DNA of 64,000 bases from Azolla caroliniana. Lineage: Eukaryota > Plantae > Polypodiophyta. The DNA lies in the NCBI GenBank assembly GCA_043228905.1, contig JBHGNT010000002.1, positions 23,870,001 to 23,934,000 of the forward strand, written 5' to 3'. Below are positions 61,774 to 64,000 of the stretch, piece after piece. A program made the translations under genes and the position numbers. Under the pieces are notes generated by a model. That model did not search any database, had not been told where the DNA came from, and was given only the letters and a program-made list of their open reading frames with translations. Within the stretch, counting starts at the first letter, position 1, and each line of letters begins with the position of its first letter.

Positions 61774-64000
61774 TGTAGAAAGCAACGTGCGGAAGCAAGT
61801 ATGAAGACCGAATAGAAGGAAGGAAACTCAAGTTTAATGGAGAGCTTGAGCTTACACGGTATACGCGGGAGAGATAGAGAGAGTGAGAGAGAAGACACAA
61901 AAAACTATATTCAACAATAATACTCAGTCTGTACATAAGATGTGCTCAGTGAACATTTTTATACAAGTCCTAGAAGGACTGACCGAAGTACTGACAGTAC
62001 TTCAATGCTCATCAAGAGCTCCTACACTAACTCCCAAATATATTCCTCACGGAATATCTTTCCTAACGACCTCCCGGTTTACGCACTCGGCCTAGCCGAT
62101 CCAGTCCTCGGCTTCTTCAGCCGAACCGGCCGATGTTGAGCTTGTCTCTCAACACTCCCCCTCAAGCTCAACTCGAGGCTCTTCGGGATCCTCGGGCTCA
62201 CAGCTCCGGTTCCTCCTGGCTTCACGCCTCGCTCGCGCTCCTCGACCTGTTCGACTCCGCGCGCTTCGACCCTTCCGGTCGGCTCGTCTGCTCATGCGGC
62301 CCTTATCAGCTCTTCTGCTATTGCGGTGTCGACACTTCTTCTGCTGCCTTTTCTTCCGCTTGGGCCTCCGTTGATTCAACGTGTCTGAATCAAACATCCG
62401 AACCAACTCGGCTACCTCCGATCGGTTTTCGCTCTCGTCCGAGTTGGCTGTCTCCAACTCCCATGCGTGGTTGGCTTCGGCTCTCTCCTTCGGTTGCTCC
62501 CCTTCTGTCTGCTTCCGAACTTTTCCGCGGGTCCGCCCTCGGCTTCTTCAGCCGATCCGATGTCGAACTTGTCAACCGACTCGGTGTCGCGGTGTCCGCT
62601 CCTTTCCTGCTACCTTGCTTGGTCGTTCGAGACTGTTCTCCCCCTCAAGGTCGGCACGTCAAGGTGACGCAACCCGAGCGCACTTGAGAATTGCCGCAAC
62701 TTGTCCAGACCAAGAGGCTTGGTGAAGATGTCGGCAGCCTGTCGATCCGTCGGAACGTACTGAAGTTCGACTTCACCGGAAAGGACACGCTCACGGATGA
62801 AATGGTAGTGCACCTCAATGTGCTTGGTCCGTGCGTGGAAGACGGGGTTCTTCACGAGTTGGATGTTGCTGAGGTTGTCGCAGTAGATCGTCGTTGGATC
62901 AGTCACCTCCTCTTGCAGGTCCTTAAGTAGCCGCTTCAACCATATGGCTTCGCATGTCGCGACAGCCGCTCCTTGGTACTCAGCTTCAATGCTCGACAGA
63001 GCAACTGTCGGCTGCTTCTTACTGCACCACGCGATTGCGGCACTCCCGAGGGAGAACGCGTATCCAGACGTGGATCGGCGATCAACGGCGTTGCCAGCCC
63101 AATCAACATCAGTGTAGCCGACTAACTACGCGGCTGCACCGGTCCGATATAGCAGTCTACGGTCCTTAGTGCCGCTTACGTACCGAAGTACGCGTTGCAC
63201 ACACTAAAGGTGCTCCTCGGTAGGTCGTGCCATGAACTGACTGATCACCCCGACCGGATAATTGAGGTTGGGTTGGGTGATGGTCAAGTATATGAGGCTT
63301 CCGACAATTTGTAGGAATCTCATCGGGTCGCATACCTTTCCCGTATCGGGACGAAGCTTGACGGTTCTGTCCAGAGGAGTCAAGATGGACTTACAGTCGG
63401 CCATCCCGAGTTTGAAGAGCATACTCAGCACATAATGACGTTGGCTGATCAATATGCCTTCGGGGGTACGGATCGCTTCGATCCCGAGGAAGTAATGAAG
63501 GTCCCCCAGATCCTTCATGTCGAACGATGGCGCAAGCTGGAGTTTCACGCGGTCGATTTCACCTAGGTCGGCGCCGGTGATGACCAAGTCATCAACATAC
63601 AGTAAAATACTAACCGGTCCGAGTCAACCTTTCCGGATGAACAGGGAAGAGTCCGATTTTGACGTGACGAAGCCCAACCGACGCAGTTGTTGCGTGATCT
63701 TCGCGTTCCAAGCACGCGGGGCTTGCTTTAGTCCGTAAAGGGACTTCTTCAGTCGGCATATTGCCGAGGAGTTCGTTCTAGAGTGAAATCCAGGGGGTTG
63801 TACCATGTACACCTATTCCTCAAGGTCACCTTGCAGGAACGCATTCTTTACATCCATCTGATGTAGGTGCCACCCCTTGGCCGTGGCTACTGCGAGCAAA
63901 ACACGGACGGTCGTCATTTTCTCGACCGGCGCAAACGTCTCATCGTAGTCGATGCCGTGTTTCTGCGCGTAGCCCTTTGCCACTAGCCGAGCCTTGTACC
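61774..64000 (-). mobile_element. Ty1/Copia element J, 3' part (RT/RNase H remnant, 3' LTR); runs off the window end
   Basis: LTR 61774-62154 (TG...CA). PPT at 62155-62166. [34 protein letters not shown]. Same family as D. Confidence 0.92.

Overview
This window is eukaryotic heterochromatin-type DNA, most likely from a non-seed land plant (inferred from a self-priming Tcn1-like chromovirus and a tRNA-Trp-primed Gypsy). It is almost entirely nested transposable elements and I see no ordinary host gene. Contents: six Ty1/Copia elements or remnants plus a solo LTR, four Ty3/Gypsy elements or remnants, two copies of a hAT-type MITE, an L1 LINE 3' remnant and several tandem or inverted repeats. 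Target-site duplications (TSDs) resolve a five-level nest: Copia H > Gypsy G > DNA transposon > Gypsy F > Copia E. The main finding is a DNA transposon at 21277-46747 (about 7.8 kb once nested inserts are removed) with ~37-bp terminal inverted repeats (TIRs) and a 4-bp TSD. It carries a Sola/DUF7869-like transposase on the minus strand. Divergently, it carries a six-exon spliceosomal-intron gene for a ParB-like domain fused to a bacterial-type beta-class amino (N6A/N4C) DNA methyltransferase. This copy is pseudogenised. A second, non-autonomous element with the same AACA-start TIR and 4-bp TSD architecture lies at 57112-59417. All family assignments are from motif recognition by eye; no database search was run.
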